Shown: positions 13,630 to 25,931 of the stretch, in pieces
Layout: each line of letters begins with the position of its first letter
Numbering within the stretch: the first letter of the stretch is position 1
Assembly (NCBI GenBank): GCA_028534125.1
Contig: CM052818.1
Coordinates: forward strand, 36,458,001-36,518,000
DNA: 60,000 nucleotides
Direction of reading: 5' to 3'
Origin: Lama glama
Lineage: Eukaryota
Notes under the pieces: model-generated
The model's input: the letters and a program-made list of their open reading frames with translations, nothing else
What the model was told of the DNA's origin: nothing
The model's database searches: none
Made by a program: the position numbers and the translations under genes

Positions 13630-14699
13630 CTCTGTTCATGTTCAGTTTCTTCAACAGGTTATATACAGGTAAGATACTTCTTATTTTTTAAAAATTCATT
13701 TAACTTTTAGTTATCTAAAGATGATCAGAATACAGTTTCTGCTTTATGCCTATATTTATGGGCAGTGGTTCTCAACTCAGGCCACCTGTTAGATGACCTA
13801 GCTTTCTCATTTCTACATAGAATGAAGTATTTTTTGTCTAAATTTGGACCATAGTAAATTACATATTTTAATTCCCAGTTAAGAGGTGGAATAAAATTTC
13901 ATATGGCTGTGGTATCTAACAGTTTCTAAGCTTTGTATTAGGTCATTTATCTCTTGTAGTTTTTGTTGCTTGTTAAGCTTTTTTTTTTTTAAACTTTTCT
14001 TTATGTCATATAGAAAAACAGTATAAAAATGAAGAAAATTAAAGTAACCTATAGTCCTATTACCTAGTGTTTTCTCCTTCTTTCTCTTTCACATATAGAT
14101 ATATTATATATGAAATACATATATACATAATGTATTTCCTAAAATCAAGATGTAACTTTATAAACTTTCTTATATTTCTATCACATAATTTTAGTCATAT
14201 GGCTATACTGTAATAGTTAGTACACTATTGTTGGACATACTAGATATTTTAGTGTTTTTTATAACATTGATGAATATAGCATAAATTTTATGTACATCCT
14301 TAATTATTTCCTTAAGATAAATTCCTTAAAATGAAATTTCTGGATCAAAGGATGTATATCTCTTTTAAGGCTTTTAATCTAAGTTGTTAAAATTTTCTCA
14401 CAGTTTTTAAAATTTTCTGCTAGCAGTATTAAGGCAACTTGTTAGCCAGTGTAGCAATTTTGTGTGAATGAGAGAATCTCTTTTTCAGTGTAGATGGCAT
14501 CTGCAGCAGGGCTACAATTTGGCTGGTAAAGAATGGGCTGGATTGGATATCAGCCTCATTTGATTCCCTTCCTGGATTCTTGGTGAGGTACAACTGTTCG
14601 AGAGTCTATATAGTGGTCTTGAGCAGTGGGTGAGAGTCCTTGAGTGCCTAACCCTCATTCTGTTAGTTTTTCACAGCACAGAGTTTACTCCTACTGCGT

Positions 14700-15010
14700 A
14701 GTAGGTAATGAGAGCCTGGGTTTGAATGTACACCTAGACTTTAGTCCTAGTTTTGGTTCCTAGTTATTTAAGTTGATTGAGTTAAGTCCTCTAAATTTTA
14801 GTTTTCTTATCTGCAAATAGGGATAATTATAGTACTCTTCTCATTGAAGTGGTTGTAGATGAGATTAGATGAGAAAATGTGTTACATTAAAACTTACGAA
14901 CTTGCCATTTTCATGTTTCAACCTGAATACATTAAGCCCTTAGCATAGTGCCTGGGATGTCCTAAGTATTCCATAAAGGCTAGTCATTCATATTTTTATT
15001 ATTGTTATCA
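14700..15010 (+). mobile_element. MIR SINE
   Basis: agttttcttatctgcaaatagggataat core and tagcatagtgcctgg tail. Confidence 0.7.
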
Positions 15011-16255
15011 TTATTTATGTTGTGCTTTAATTTTTCATAAATTGGTTCCTTGGTGGGTACTTGCATATTTGCTTTAGAATGACCCTTTGTACTTAATGCT
15101 TATTATATTCCCTGGGCCACATTTATAATTTAATCCTATTTTGGAACAGATCTAGGAACTGATAGTGAAAAATGAATTTGAGCCATTAGAGAAAGCCAGT
15201 AGAAAGAATCGATGCCGATGTTTTTTCCCTGTGTAACTCAATTATAACCACATTGAAATATTACTTTTGAGAAAGAAGCAGTGATTTCTGGTACCTGGTA
15301 ACTGTTTACTACAGAATGCACTTGTATAATCAAAGAATATGGCTTTATCTCACAGAGTTGAAATGGTGCACTTGTAACTTTATTCTTTCACTATTATAGA
15401 TGCAAAAAAAAAAGTGATACAGTTCAAAAGCATGATTTGGCTCTGCTCAGTTTTTTTCATATCTTTAGTCAAGAGGCCTGTATTGTCTTAGCAACGGAAC
15501 CACTTGTTATGTATTAGAAAAACAACCTCGGGATCTGTTGTGTAGCAAATAGAAATTACATGAATGTTGTATTACTTTTACAAGCTCCTGTGAATATTTG
15601 AAAGCTTAGTATTCTGATTTGCAGAACACTTGGCCGTTTGAGGGTAGCGGGAGTGTTGGAAACTAGAATATACGTAGAAGACAAAAGCCAACATTTTCAA
15701 AGCTATACATGTTGCCTAAGTATTTACCCAAATTCTCCTTTGAGGATAATGTGGACAGAAATTAAATATGTTACTCAGAAGAATTTTAACTTGTAGGTTC
15801 TAAATGTGACTAGTATCAGATATTTGACCCTAATTATTATCTTACAGCTATATGTGATATATTTTATGTTTAACTGTTCCCTGTTCTTTGTCTTGTACTG
15901 CATCCCTCCTCTAGCCCTCAAGTGCATTCACATACATACCATCATTTAGCTAATTTTGCTGAAATTTCAGACCTAATCTTTTAGTCTTCTCAAAATCTTG
16001 AATTTTGTGTCGGTTACTTAGGAATATAGCGCACAGATTCACTCCAGGTTTTGGAGCTCTCTGTGGGCTATGCTTCAGTCCAACTCATGCATATTTTCTG
16101 TCTGTATTTATAAGTACCGTGCGTTGGTCACTGAGCTGGGTGTTTAGAATACAAAGATGACTATGACAGTCCTTGCCTCTTGAGTCAGGGATGTTTAGAT
16201 CAGTAACGTATATTGAATAAAGAATTGTGTGACAGACATTACGCTGTGTGTTACG

Positions 16256-16662
16256 GTATTACTTTGCTAGGACTTCCTTAACAAAATACCACAGACTGGT
16301 GGCTTAAACACCAGAAATTAATTTTGCCCAGTTCTGGAGGTGAAAAAGTCCAAAACCAAGGTGTTGGCAGATTTGGTTTCTTCTGAAGCCTCTCTCTTTT
16401 GCTTTCAGATGCCCGCCTCCTTGCTGGGTCCTCACGTGGTCTTTTCTCTGTGTCCATGTACCACTGGTATCTCTTGTGTTTCCAGATTTCCTCTTCTTAA
16501 AAGGACACAAGTCAGATTGGATTAGGGCCTAGTTTTATTACCTTCTTTTACTTTGATTACTTCTTTAAAGTCTCTACTCCACATACAGTCAAATTCTGAG
16601 ATACTGGGGCTTATAGTCTCAATATATGAATTTTGTGGGGGGAACACAGTTCAGCCCATAAT
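16256..16662 (-). mobile_element. MLT1 (ERVL-MaLR) solo LTR
   Basis: aaataccacagactggtggcttaaac...cagttctggagg...gggggaacacagttcagcccata; MLT1 termini. Confidence 0.88.
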
Positions 16663-17019
16663 AGATATATACACAGAGATAAATAAGCCACAATCCTTAC
16701 TATCTAGAAACTCACTGTTTTATAGGAATGACAAATATCTAATTATTGGTAATTACAATAGATTACTGAAGGACAGAGTTAGCGTAGAGGTGGCAATTTT
16801 GAATTTTGTCTTGAGGCAGCAGCAGATGATTATAGAGCAGTTTCATAAGGTCTGTATTAGATACAGTGTGAGTAGAGCACAGAAGACACTACCTGCAGAT
16901 GAACAAGATTAAAAAGGACATTCATTTTAGGCTGAGAAAAGTAGTGTACAAAGGTATAAAAAAGAGAGAATATGACTGGAAAACAGAGTGTCTGTGGAGG
17001 AGTGTTGGGAAATTTATTC

Positions 17020-17760
17020 AGTTCCCTACTCACTGAATCTCCATTTACTGAGCATCCATCTGTGAAATACTCTCTGTATAAATTATGTTCAGTGCTGGAG
17101 ATACACAACTCTGGCCTGAGAGATGCCTACAACCTACTTCATGGGGAGTCTGGCAGATAAATAAATGTCATAGTAAATTTCCTGTCTTCTTTTGTTCCAG
17201 TATAAGGATTTCAGAGTTAATTCCTTAGGTGATAAGGAGCCACTGTGTGATTTTGAGACGGAAAGTGATATGATTTGATTTGCATTTAAAAGTATAGTAT
17301 TAAAGGCAGTATAGATTTTGGGGTAGAGGTCAAGGGAATGATGAAAAGAAGGTTGGAAAACCAATTAAGATACATTTGCAATGGCAGCATAGATTGAACA
17401 TAAGGGACTTAGTGACTGACCAGTTAGGTATGACTGACAGAAATCTAGTGACTGACCAGTTAGTTATGACTTCTAAGAGTTTTTGGTCTGGACATTAGGA
17501 ATCTGAGAAGTAAACCAATGGAGGAATAGATTTATGGGCAGTATACTAAGTTTGATTTTGGATGTGTTATTGTGAGTTACCTTTGGAACACCTGGATAAA
17601 ATGCAGACATTGTATATAGTAGTTGTATATATGTGTCCAGAGATTAGGAGAAGTTTGAGTAAGAGACCTGGTTGGAGTCATTAGTGGAGTCATTAGCATA
17701 TAGGAGTGAATGAGATCACATAGGCAGTGTATAGAAGGAAAAGAGAGGGGAGCCCTGAAG
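17020..17760 (-). mobile_element. L2 LINE fragments
   Basis: atttactgagcatc...; gatttgcattta; gagtcattagcatataggagtgaatgagatcac L2-like segments. Confidence 0.55.
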
Positions 17761-18164
17761 GAACCATCCTCAAAGAAATATGGTCCCAGTTCTCAATTTA
17801 AGTCTCAGTCTTACTGTTGGTACTTACAGGACCTTTGTTAAATGTATTGCCTCTGCTGGGAGTGTGTACATTCTTTCCAGTGTTTAAAGTGCATTATTTT
17901 TAAAACCACACATCTTTTAAAATCCCACTTATCCTTCAAGGAATATTAAATGTTATGTTCATGAAAGTTTTTCCTGATTTTCTTTCAGTTATAAGTAATC
18001 CCTTCATCTAGGAACCATAATACTGTGTAACTTTTCTGAGACACATATTCTTTTCTTTTTTTCCCTGGAGTAATTACTTATTTACATATCCTTATCCTAT
18101 GTTTTAGACTCTAAGCTGATTGAGAACAGGATCTTTATGGGCATCTTGTATGGAGTATGTTCTT

Positions 18165-19414
18165 TTCCTTTTTTTAAAATCTATTTTTATATGTAGTGGC
18201 TAAAATCTGTAAATCGCAAACTCCCAAATTTACCCTTTCCCACCTCTTTTCCCCAGTAATCATAAGATTGTTTTTGAGTCTGTTTCTGTTTTGTAGATGG
18301 GTTCATAGTGTCCTTTCCCCCACTTTTTTTTTTAGATTCCCCATATGAGTGATATCATGTGGTATTTTTCTTTCTCTTTCTGGCTTACTTCACTTAGAAT
18401 GATGACCTCTAGGTCTATCCTATGTTGCTGCAAATGGATTATTTTATTTTTTTATGGCTGAGTAGTGTTCCATTATATAAATATACCACAACTTCTTTAT
18501 CCAGTCATCTGTCGATGGACATTTAGGTTGCTTCCCTGTCTTAGCTATTGTATATAGTGCTGCTATGAACATTGGAGTGAATGTATCTTTTTGAATTAGA
18601 GTTCCCTCTAGATGTATACCCAGAAGTGGGATTGCTGGATCATATGGTAAGTCTATTTTTAGTTTTTTAAGGAATCCCCATACTGTTTTCCATAATGGCT
18701 GCACCAAACTACATTTCTACCAACAGTGTAGGAGGGTTCCCTTTTTTCCACACCCTCTCCAGCATTTATCATTCGTGGACTTTTTAATGATGGCCATTCT
18801 GACTGGTGTGAGGTGATGCCTCATTGTAGTTTTGATTTGCATTTCTCTGATAACTAGTGATATTAAGCATTTTTTTATGTGTCTATTGGCCCTTGGAATG
18901 TCTTCATTGGAGAATTGCTTATTTAAGTCTTCTGCCCATTTTTGGATTGGGTTGTTTGTTGTTTTGTTACTAAGGTGTATGATCTATTTATATTTTCTGG
19001 AAATTAAACCTTTATCAGTTGCATCATTTGCAAATATTTTCTCCCATTCTGTAGGTTGTTGTTTTGTTTTGCTTATGGTTTCCTTTGCTGTGCAAAAGCT
19101 TGTAAGTTTAATTAGGTCCCATTTGTTATTTTTTGCTTTTATTTCTATTGCCTGGGTAGACTGCCCTAAGAGACCATTGGTAAGATTTATGTCAGAGAGT
19201 GCCTATGTTTCTTCTAGGAGATTATTGTGTCTTGTCTTAAATAAGTCTTTAAGCGATTTTGAGTTTATTTTTGTGTATGGTGTGAGGGGGTGTTCTAACT
19301 TCATTGATTTACAAGCTGCTATCCAGTTTTCCCAACACTACTTTCTGAAGAGACTGTCTTTTCTCCATTATATATTCTTGCCTCCTTTGTCAAAGATTAA
19401 TTGACCATAGGTCT
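18165..19414 (-). mobile_element. Relatively young 5'-truncated L1 with target-site duplication
   Basis: Well-preserved ORF2 C-terminus ([30 protein letters not shown]...KCPSTDDWIKKLWYIY); TSD gtatgttctt (18155-18164) / gcatgttctt (19415-19424); endonuclease-like ttctt|aa site. Confidence 0.92.
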
Positions 19415-19728
19415 GCATGTTCTTAATAAATGTGACCAGTGAGTAAATTTTATCAACTGTCCTCTTCTTAGTTACTAACTGAAGGAGTCTCAGATTAAAT
19501 AGAAATTATAAAATGGAGACATAATAACATAATGCAGATATGAGCCAGGAAATACAATGAAGTTTCTTATTTATGAAATAATTTGGGGTGAAAATTATCC
19601 CATAAAAATTCATTTAAAAAAATTACGAGTCTTTCTTAATTTTGTTGAAAAAAGCAGCTAATATACTTCTGTTCAAAAGAAACATTGATGCAGTGAAATA
19701 GTTGTTACCTTCATAAAAGTAGTGTTTT

Positions 19729-19752
19729 TGTGTGTGTGTGTGTGTGTGTGTG
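19729..19752. repeat. (TG)12 at the SINE tail
   Basis: Direct reading. Confidence 0.9.
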
Positions 19753-19869
19753 AAGGGGAGATAATTAGGCTTGTTTATTTGTTTGTTTAATGGCGGTACT
19801 GGGGGTCAAACGCAGGGCCTCATTCATGCTAAGCACACAGACAACCACTGAGCTATATCTCCTTCCCCC
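19753..19869 (-). mobile_element. tRNA-Ala-derived SINE, camelid Vic-1-like
   Basis: Reverse complement reads GGGGAAGGAGATATAGCTCAGTGG...GCTTAGCATGAATGAGGCCCTGCGTTTGACCCCCAGTACCGCCATTAAACAAACAAATAAAC...CCTAATTATCTCCCC; A box, degenerate B box. Confidence 0.85.
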
Positions 19870-21607
19870 TGATTGCATTAATTTTATAGATACTCACCAA
19901 TTTATCCTAATAGCCATTGCTTTTTATTGAAGGCAAAGCTAGGTGGTAATATTTTTATAGATACAGGGAAATTGGGACTGTGAGAGGTTATGTAATTTGT
20001 GTGCAAATCCGCAAATATTATATGACACAACTGAGTGGATTAAGATCTGTCCTAACTTCAAAGTCACTGTGTGTGGGTTTTTCTGCTGTGCTTACATTAC
20101 TTTTAGATTTCATGGATTTAAAGGATATTAAAGTATGAGACAAAGTAAAAGAACTGGCAAATATGCAACTATTATTCATGTACAACTTTAAAGCAAGGAC
20201 TTTAAGTCTGTTTGGCATGAAAGGGTATTTGAATAACCACATCCAAAATAATATGCATGTATATTATACTTTTCCACTTTCATCACATGCTTTTAAGGAT
20301 CTAAGATGACCCCTCCCCCCAGAAAAGATGAAGATCCAAGATATGGACATCTCTTCTAATTTTAATATTCTGTAGCCTTATAGTTCTATGCTATGTATAA
20401 ACTTAGGTACTCTTCTAAGTTATGAATGATTTAAAAGAATTGTAATGAAAGGCACATGAAAAAGAATTGTTCCCTCATCAAATGCAGATGCTCTTTAGAA
20501 TAAATGTCTTGTTCTTCAGAACAGTGGGAACTTTTTATGGAGTTCTTTTTTCGTTAATTAATTAATAATTCTTTTTTCCCCTTTAATTGAGGAAGGAATT
20601 TGGGCAGGAAGCATGTGTTTAAAAAACCAAGAAGAAAGATCACTGAGTTATTTTAGAGTGATGCTATGCCAGATATGTGGCTTTATATTTAATCTTAACC
20701 TCTTTTTAGTTTTTCCTAAGCTTAAGTGGAAAGCCAGGGGCAGAAATTCCCAATATTGCATGGGCTACAAATACTGTATTTTCAGCTTGAAAGCATAGCT
20801 GCTTCTAAGGATGTTCATTGTAGTTTTTTGTTTATAGTAGTTAAAATTTGAAGCAACTTCCAACTGTTACTCTATTGAGCAATAATTTTGAAAAATGAAG
20901 GTACATTTTACTTTGAATTATTTCATGATTTGGTTTCAAAAATTATTTAAAAGATATCAGGAGACTTCTGATTTTGGCCAAGATGGAGTAAAGGGACTGA
21001 ATTCCTCTTACTTGAAATAATGGGGGAAAAACAGCAAAATATATGACAAAGAAGTTTTGAAGACTTTGGATATCAGGAGATGAGGCAAATGATCCCTGAA
21101 GGATGGGGAGCTAACAAATTGAGCATTATAACTATGTCTGGAGAGGGTCCACACTGTGGCGCAGGAAGGAAGAACCTAGATAGAGCCTGGAAGTCTTCCT
21201 GAATTGAAGAGGAAGAGCTGGGAATGTAAGGGGGCCAAAGAAGGTAAAATTCTCAGGGTATAGAGTACCAGGAAGGAGAAAGCTGTAGAGAGAGGACACT
21301 GGGGAGATCTGCAAAAGATCCTCCTCCAGTTTTTAGCTGAATGCTGATTAGTATATTCATGTGAGGAAATTACTTAAGGCCAGAGAAAGAGAGACTATTC
21401 CTTGAAGTTCATACAGGGCTAGCAATAGTGTAGCAAATAGTTAGAGCTAATAAGCCAACAGACAGAAAAGTGGAATCATAAAAATGTTCACAGTTAATGC
21501 AAAAGAAGCGAGGAAAAGAGGAACAAAGAGTATATGGGACAAGTAGAGAATAAATAGCAAGCATATTAATAATCATATAAATTATAGTAAAAGTAAATGG
21601 TGTAAAC

Positions 21608-21814
21608 CAAGGATCAACAAACTACAAACTGGCTGCCTGGTTTTGTAAATGAAGTTTTTATAGTTGAAACACGGGCATGCCCATTTGGTTACATGTTGTC
21701 TAGGGCTGCTTTTATGCTACAAGGGCAGCTTTGAGTATTTGCCAGAGACCTTATAATCTGAGAAGCCTAAGATATTTAGTCTCTGGATTTATACAGGAAA
21801 ACTTGTTAATACCT
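21608..21814 (+). mobile_element. MER58A-like hAT-Charlie element inside the L1
   Basis: caaggatcaacaaactac...ttttgtaaatgaagtttt...aagcctaagatattta...acaggaaaacttg. Confidence 0.75.
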
Positions 21815-22046
21815 AGCCAGAACATCCCCCAAAAAAGCAGAGTGTCATTTTGGATAAAAAAGCAAGACCCAACCATATACTGCCTACAAGAAACTCACTT
21901 GATGAGACTGACTCTATCTAATGCACTAAATGAGGCTCCTTTATAAGAAACCTATTTTTTAGTTTGTAGGTTGGACCTCCAGGTCCATCCATGTTGTTGC
22001 AAAGGCAAAATTTCATTCTTTTTTATGGCTGAGTAGTACTTCACAT

Positions 22047-22050
<4 letters not shown>

Positions 22051-22096
<46 letters not shown>
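22051..22096. repeat. (GT)23 perfect microsatellite within an antisense L1 fragment
   Basis: Direct reading. Confidence 0.95.
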
Positions 22097-22098
<2 letters not shown>

Positions 22099-24349
22099 CA
22101 TCTTCTTAATCCATTCATCTGTTGATAGGCCTTTAATGTTACTTTTGTATCTTAGCTATTGCAAATAATGTTGCTGTGAACATTGGAGTGTATATATCTT
22201 TTCAAATTAGTATTTTCTTTACAAGAAACCCACTTTAAATATAAAGCTACAAATGTGTTATGAGAAAAGCATGAAAAAGACCATAAAATACCAAGCAAAG
22301 GGAAGCTGAAGTAATTAAATAAATATCAAAGTAGATTTCAGACCAAAAATATTACCTGCGATAAAGAAGGTTATTTCACAGTCATCAACTAGGCATAATA
22401 ATTCTGGACATTTATGCCTCTGAAAACAGAGCTTCAAAATTCATGAAGCAAAAACTGATAGAACTGCAAGGAGAGACAGAAATTTATAATTTCCTGGAGA
22501 TTTCAATACCCCTTTCTCAAAACTAGATAAAGCTAATACACAGATCAGTAATGATACAGAAGACTTGAACAACCCTATCTGTCAACTTGATCTAAGTGAT
22601 ATTTATAGAACACTTTTTCCAATGACAACAGATAAACACATTCTTTTCAAATGCACAGGATTATTTACCAAGATAGACCATATTTTGAGCCATAAAATAA
22701 GTCTAATTAGATATAAAAGGATTCAAGTCATACAAAGTATGTTCTCTGAGTATAATGGAATTAAATTAGAACTCAGTAACAAATGGTTATTTGGAAAACA
22801 TATTTGTAAATTAAATACCACACTTCTCAATAACCCATTGTTCAAGGAAGAAATCAAAAGAGAAGTTTAAAAGTTTTTAGGTGAATAAAATGAAATATAA
22901 AAATTTATGAGATGCAGTTAATTCATTACATAGGGAGAAATTTATAGCACTAAGTACTTAAATTAAAAAAGAAGAGAGGTCTTAAATCACTCACCTCAGC
23001 TCCCAACTTGGCAAACCAGGAAGCAAAGAACAAATGAAACCCAAAGTAAGCAAAAGAAAGGAATAATAATAAAAATCTAAGGTGATCCATACAGGGAAAA
23101 AATAAAAAATAACGGGGGGAAAACATTGAGAAAGCCAATGAAATGAAAAGCTGTTTCTTTTTAGAAGATCAGTAACTGATAAACCTCTGGTGGAACTGAT
23201 TAGGATAACAAGAATTCATAAATTACCATTAGCAAGAATGAAGGAGATAACATTTCTACATATTCTACAGATATTAAGAGAACAGTAAGGGAACATTATG
23301 AACCGTTTTATGCCAATAGATCTCACAACTTCAGCAAATTTGTCCAATTTATCTAAAGAGAAAAAAAAAAGCTCATGAAGGAAGGAATGTATAATGTGAA
23401 TAGATAATGTTTTTTCTATAGTTAAAAACATTCCCATTAAGAAAACTTCAGACTTAGATGGCTTCACTGGTTTATTTTACTGAACAATTAAGGAAGAAAT
23501 AATACCAGTTCTACATAAACTTTTCCAGAAAATTGAAGTGGAAAGAATTCTCTCCAACCTGTTCTATAAGGTTAACATTACTCTGAAAAAGATATTACAA
23601 GGAAAAAAAAAAAGACCAAAAACTATTGACCAATATCCCTCATGAACATAAAATTTTGGCAAGTTATGTGCAATAGTTAAAAAGATACCTTTGTGGTCAG
23701 GTAGGGTTTATTCTAGTAATGCATGGTCGGTTTGAAATTTGAAAGCCAATCAATGTAATTCCCTGTATTAACAGACTAAGAAATGATGATCTCAATCAGC
23801 GCACAAAAGCATTTGAGACAGATCAGTATGTATTCCTGATTACTAAATGTAAGCTAACTAGGATTAGAAAGGACCATTCTCAGTCTGATTAAGGACATCT
23901 ACAAAAAGCCTACAGTTTGCATCATATTTAATGACAGAAAACTAAATGCTTCCCATTAGGATCAGAAACATTGCAAATACAACCACTTTTACCACCTCTA
24001 CCCAACATTATGTTGAAGGTTCCAGCCAGTACAGTAAGGTAAGAAAAAGAAATAAAAGTCGTCCAGTTTGGAAAGGAAGGAGCAAAACAGTAAAACTCTT
24101 CATTTATAGACAGCATGATGTCTACATAGAAAAGCCTATGAAATTTACGAAAACACTATTAGAAATGACAAGTGAGTTTAGTGAGGTTTCAGGATATGAG
24201 TCAATATACAAAACTCAGTTGTATTTCTATATACTGGCTCCAAATAATAGGAAATTGAAATTAAAAATTGCTGTCCACATTAACATGAAAAAGCATGAAA
24301 TACAGATCAGTCTGACAAAAGATAAGCAAGACCTGTGTATTGAAAACTT

Positions 24350-24872
24350 CCCTGCTTAGATCTTTTAGACGACTTTTTATTGCTCTTAGATTAAACTCTA
24401 AAATCCTTTCAATATGCTCGGATTCCTGTTTGCCTCTTGCTTATTCTAACCACATAGGCTACCTTTCGATTTCTTGAAATCTCCAGGATGTTTTTACCCC
24501 AGAGATTTCTCAAATGATCCTGCACTGGTTTTTCCCTCTTTCAGTGGCTACCCCAATTCATGCTTGAAAGTCTCAGCGTAAATGCCAGTAAACTCAGGGA
24601 GGTCTTTCCTGACTTGCTCACTTAAAATTGGTGTCCACACAAGTATCTTGTAGGTTTTCATCATCACTGTTACAGGGTTTTGATGATGGGCGGGCATAGG
24701 AGGAGATGTTTATATGTGTGTAAGAGAGATTATTTGGTTAATACCTCTTTTCCTGTACTACTCTAAATGGCTCTGAAAGTAGAGACCTGTCTGTTTTGTT
24801 CACTGCTGTGTAGCCATCACCTGACTTAGTTCCTGGTACAGCTGACAATCAATATTTATTGAGTGAATGTTT
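24350..24872 (+). mobile_element. L2 3' fragments
   Basis: tgtctgttttgttcactgctgtgtagcca...caatatttattgagtgaatg L2 tail. Confidence 0.65.
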
Positions 24873-25167
24873 AGAGAAAATATATTGGGAGGAAATATAC
24901 CAGTAGATTGCCTTTTGAGTGCTGCATGTTTGTTTTTGTAAGATTTCTACAATTAGCTATTAGACTTTCTAATAGGAAAAGTTATAAATGAAATACATCA
25001 TTATACTTTTTGTCTTTACTAGAGATGAAAAAGCAGATATTATTTTGTAACTTGGATTCTATTTCTAAATACTGTTAAAAATTAAGTGACCTTGATATAT
25101 TTACTTGACTTGTAGTATCTTGAAGTTGTGTAGCTCTAGGCGGCGCTGCTTATGTCATATTGTTAAT

Positions 25168-25215
25168 GAACGAGGGCTTCTCTGTTGGTGTAAAGCAACA
25201 GAGAAGCCCTCGTTC
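25168..25215. repeat. Perfect 20-bp inverted repeat with 8-nt spacer
   Basis: gaacgagggcttctctgttg-gtgtaaag-caacagagaagccctcgttc. Confidence 0.97.
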
Positions 25216-25808
25216 TTTTAGTACCAATATGAGGTATAGTTTATCTAGAACAGAGTATGCACTTCTCTCCTAGATCCACCTGGAATTTATATATCATCTT
25301 GCATTCTTAGTTTAGAGTGTCTTATTGTGTATGTCTCTATCACAGTTTTTTAATAGGTCACTCTTACTTTGTATACATTATATTCTTTAGCACAGTTTTG
25401 ACTACTTTTCTCTTACGGAGAAAATTACATAAGATTTTCTGAAATCTGTGTATCTATCTATGGCAGCTCTGGTGCTGGGCCTATGGTGAATATCCTCTAA
25501 ATCTTTTAAAAATTTTTATTGAAAATCATGCATTTTTATTTTCAAAAATATAAAATAAAGTCTTGTATCTTTAAGGTAATGATTTGTTCTCTGAAGTTCT
25601 GAAAAGTACAGTTATCAGTTAATTGTCAACTTGATTGAGTAGTTTGTTATATTTCTTTTTCACTCATCATTTAAATGAGCTTCTTACCTATAAATGCTTT
25701 TCAGTTTTATTTAAATGTTTGTGTTCTTTTACTTTTCTTTTAAAGATGCCCCTTGTTAATGTTACTTCATCTGTATGTATAATAAATATCTACTACCTTT
25801 TTTAACAG

Positions 25809-25931
25809 ATAAAATAATTAGGCACAGGGCTTGTACCCTGAAGGACACTGCACATGCCATCATTGCAGCTGAATTAGATCCAGAATTTAATAAACTATGT
25901 GAAGAAATTAAGGAAGCAAGAATAAAAAGAG
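25809..25931 (+). CDS. ATAD2B: ATAD2B exon, end of bromodomain (DKIIRHRACTLKDTAHAIIAAELDPEFNKLCEEIKEARIKR)
   Basis: ttttaacag| acceptor, GAG|gtaagt donor; 123 nt, phase 1 to 1; ORF track 25775-25996. Confidence 0.96.

Larger units (their letters stand above)
20960..24345 (+). mobile_element. Old L1M element with 5'UTR start and degenerate ORF2 (EN/RT), interrupted by younger insertions
   Basis: gacttctgattttggccaagatggag 5' end; peptides WIKKQDPTIYCLQETH, LDLSDIYRTL, TKIDHILSHK. Confidence 0.85.

Noticed and set aside
18832..19404. 190-aa hydrophobic ORF on the + strand
   Set aside because: Antisense reading of L1 ORF2, a well-known spurious ORF type
19780..19865. tRNA-Ala-like sequence
   Set aside because: Degenerate stems and B box with a SINE tail; a SINE, not a tRNA gene
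23946..24359. 137-aa ORF
   Set aside because: Frameshifted relic of L1 ORF2 reverse transcriptase
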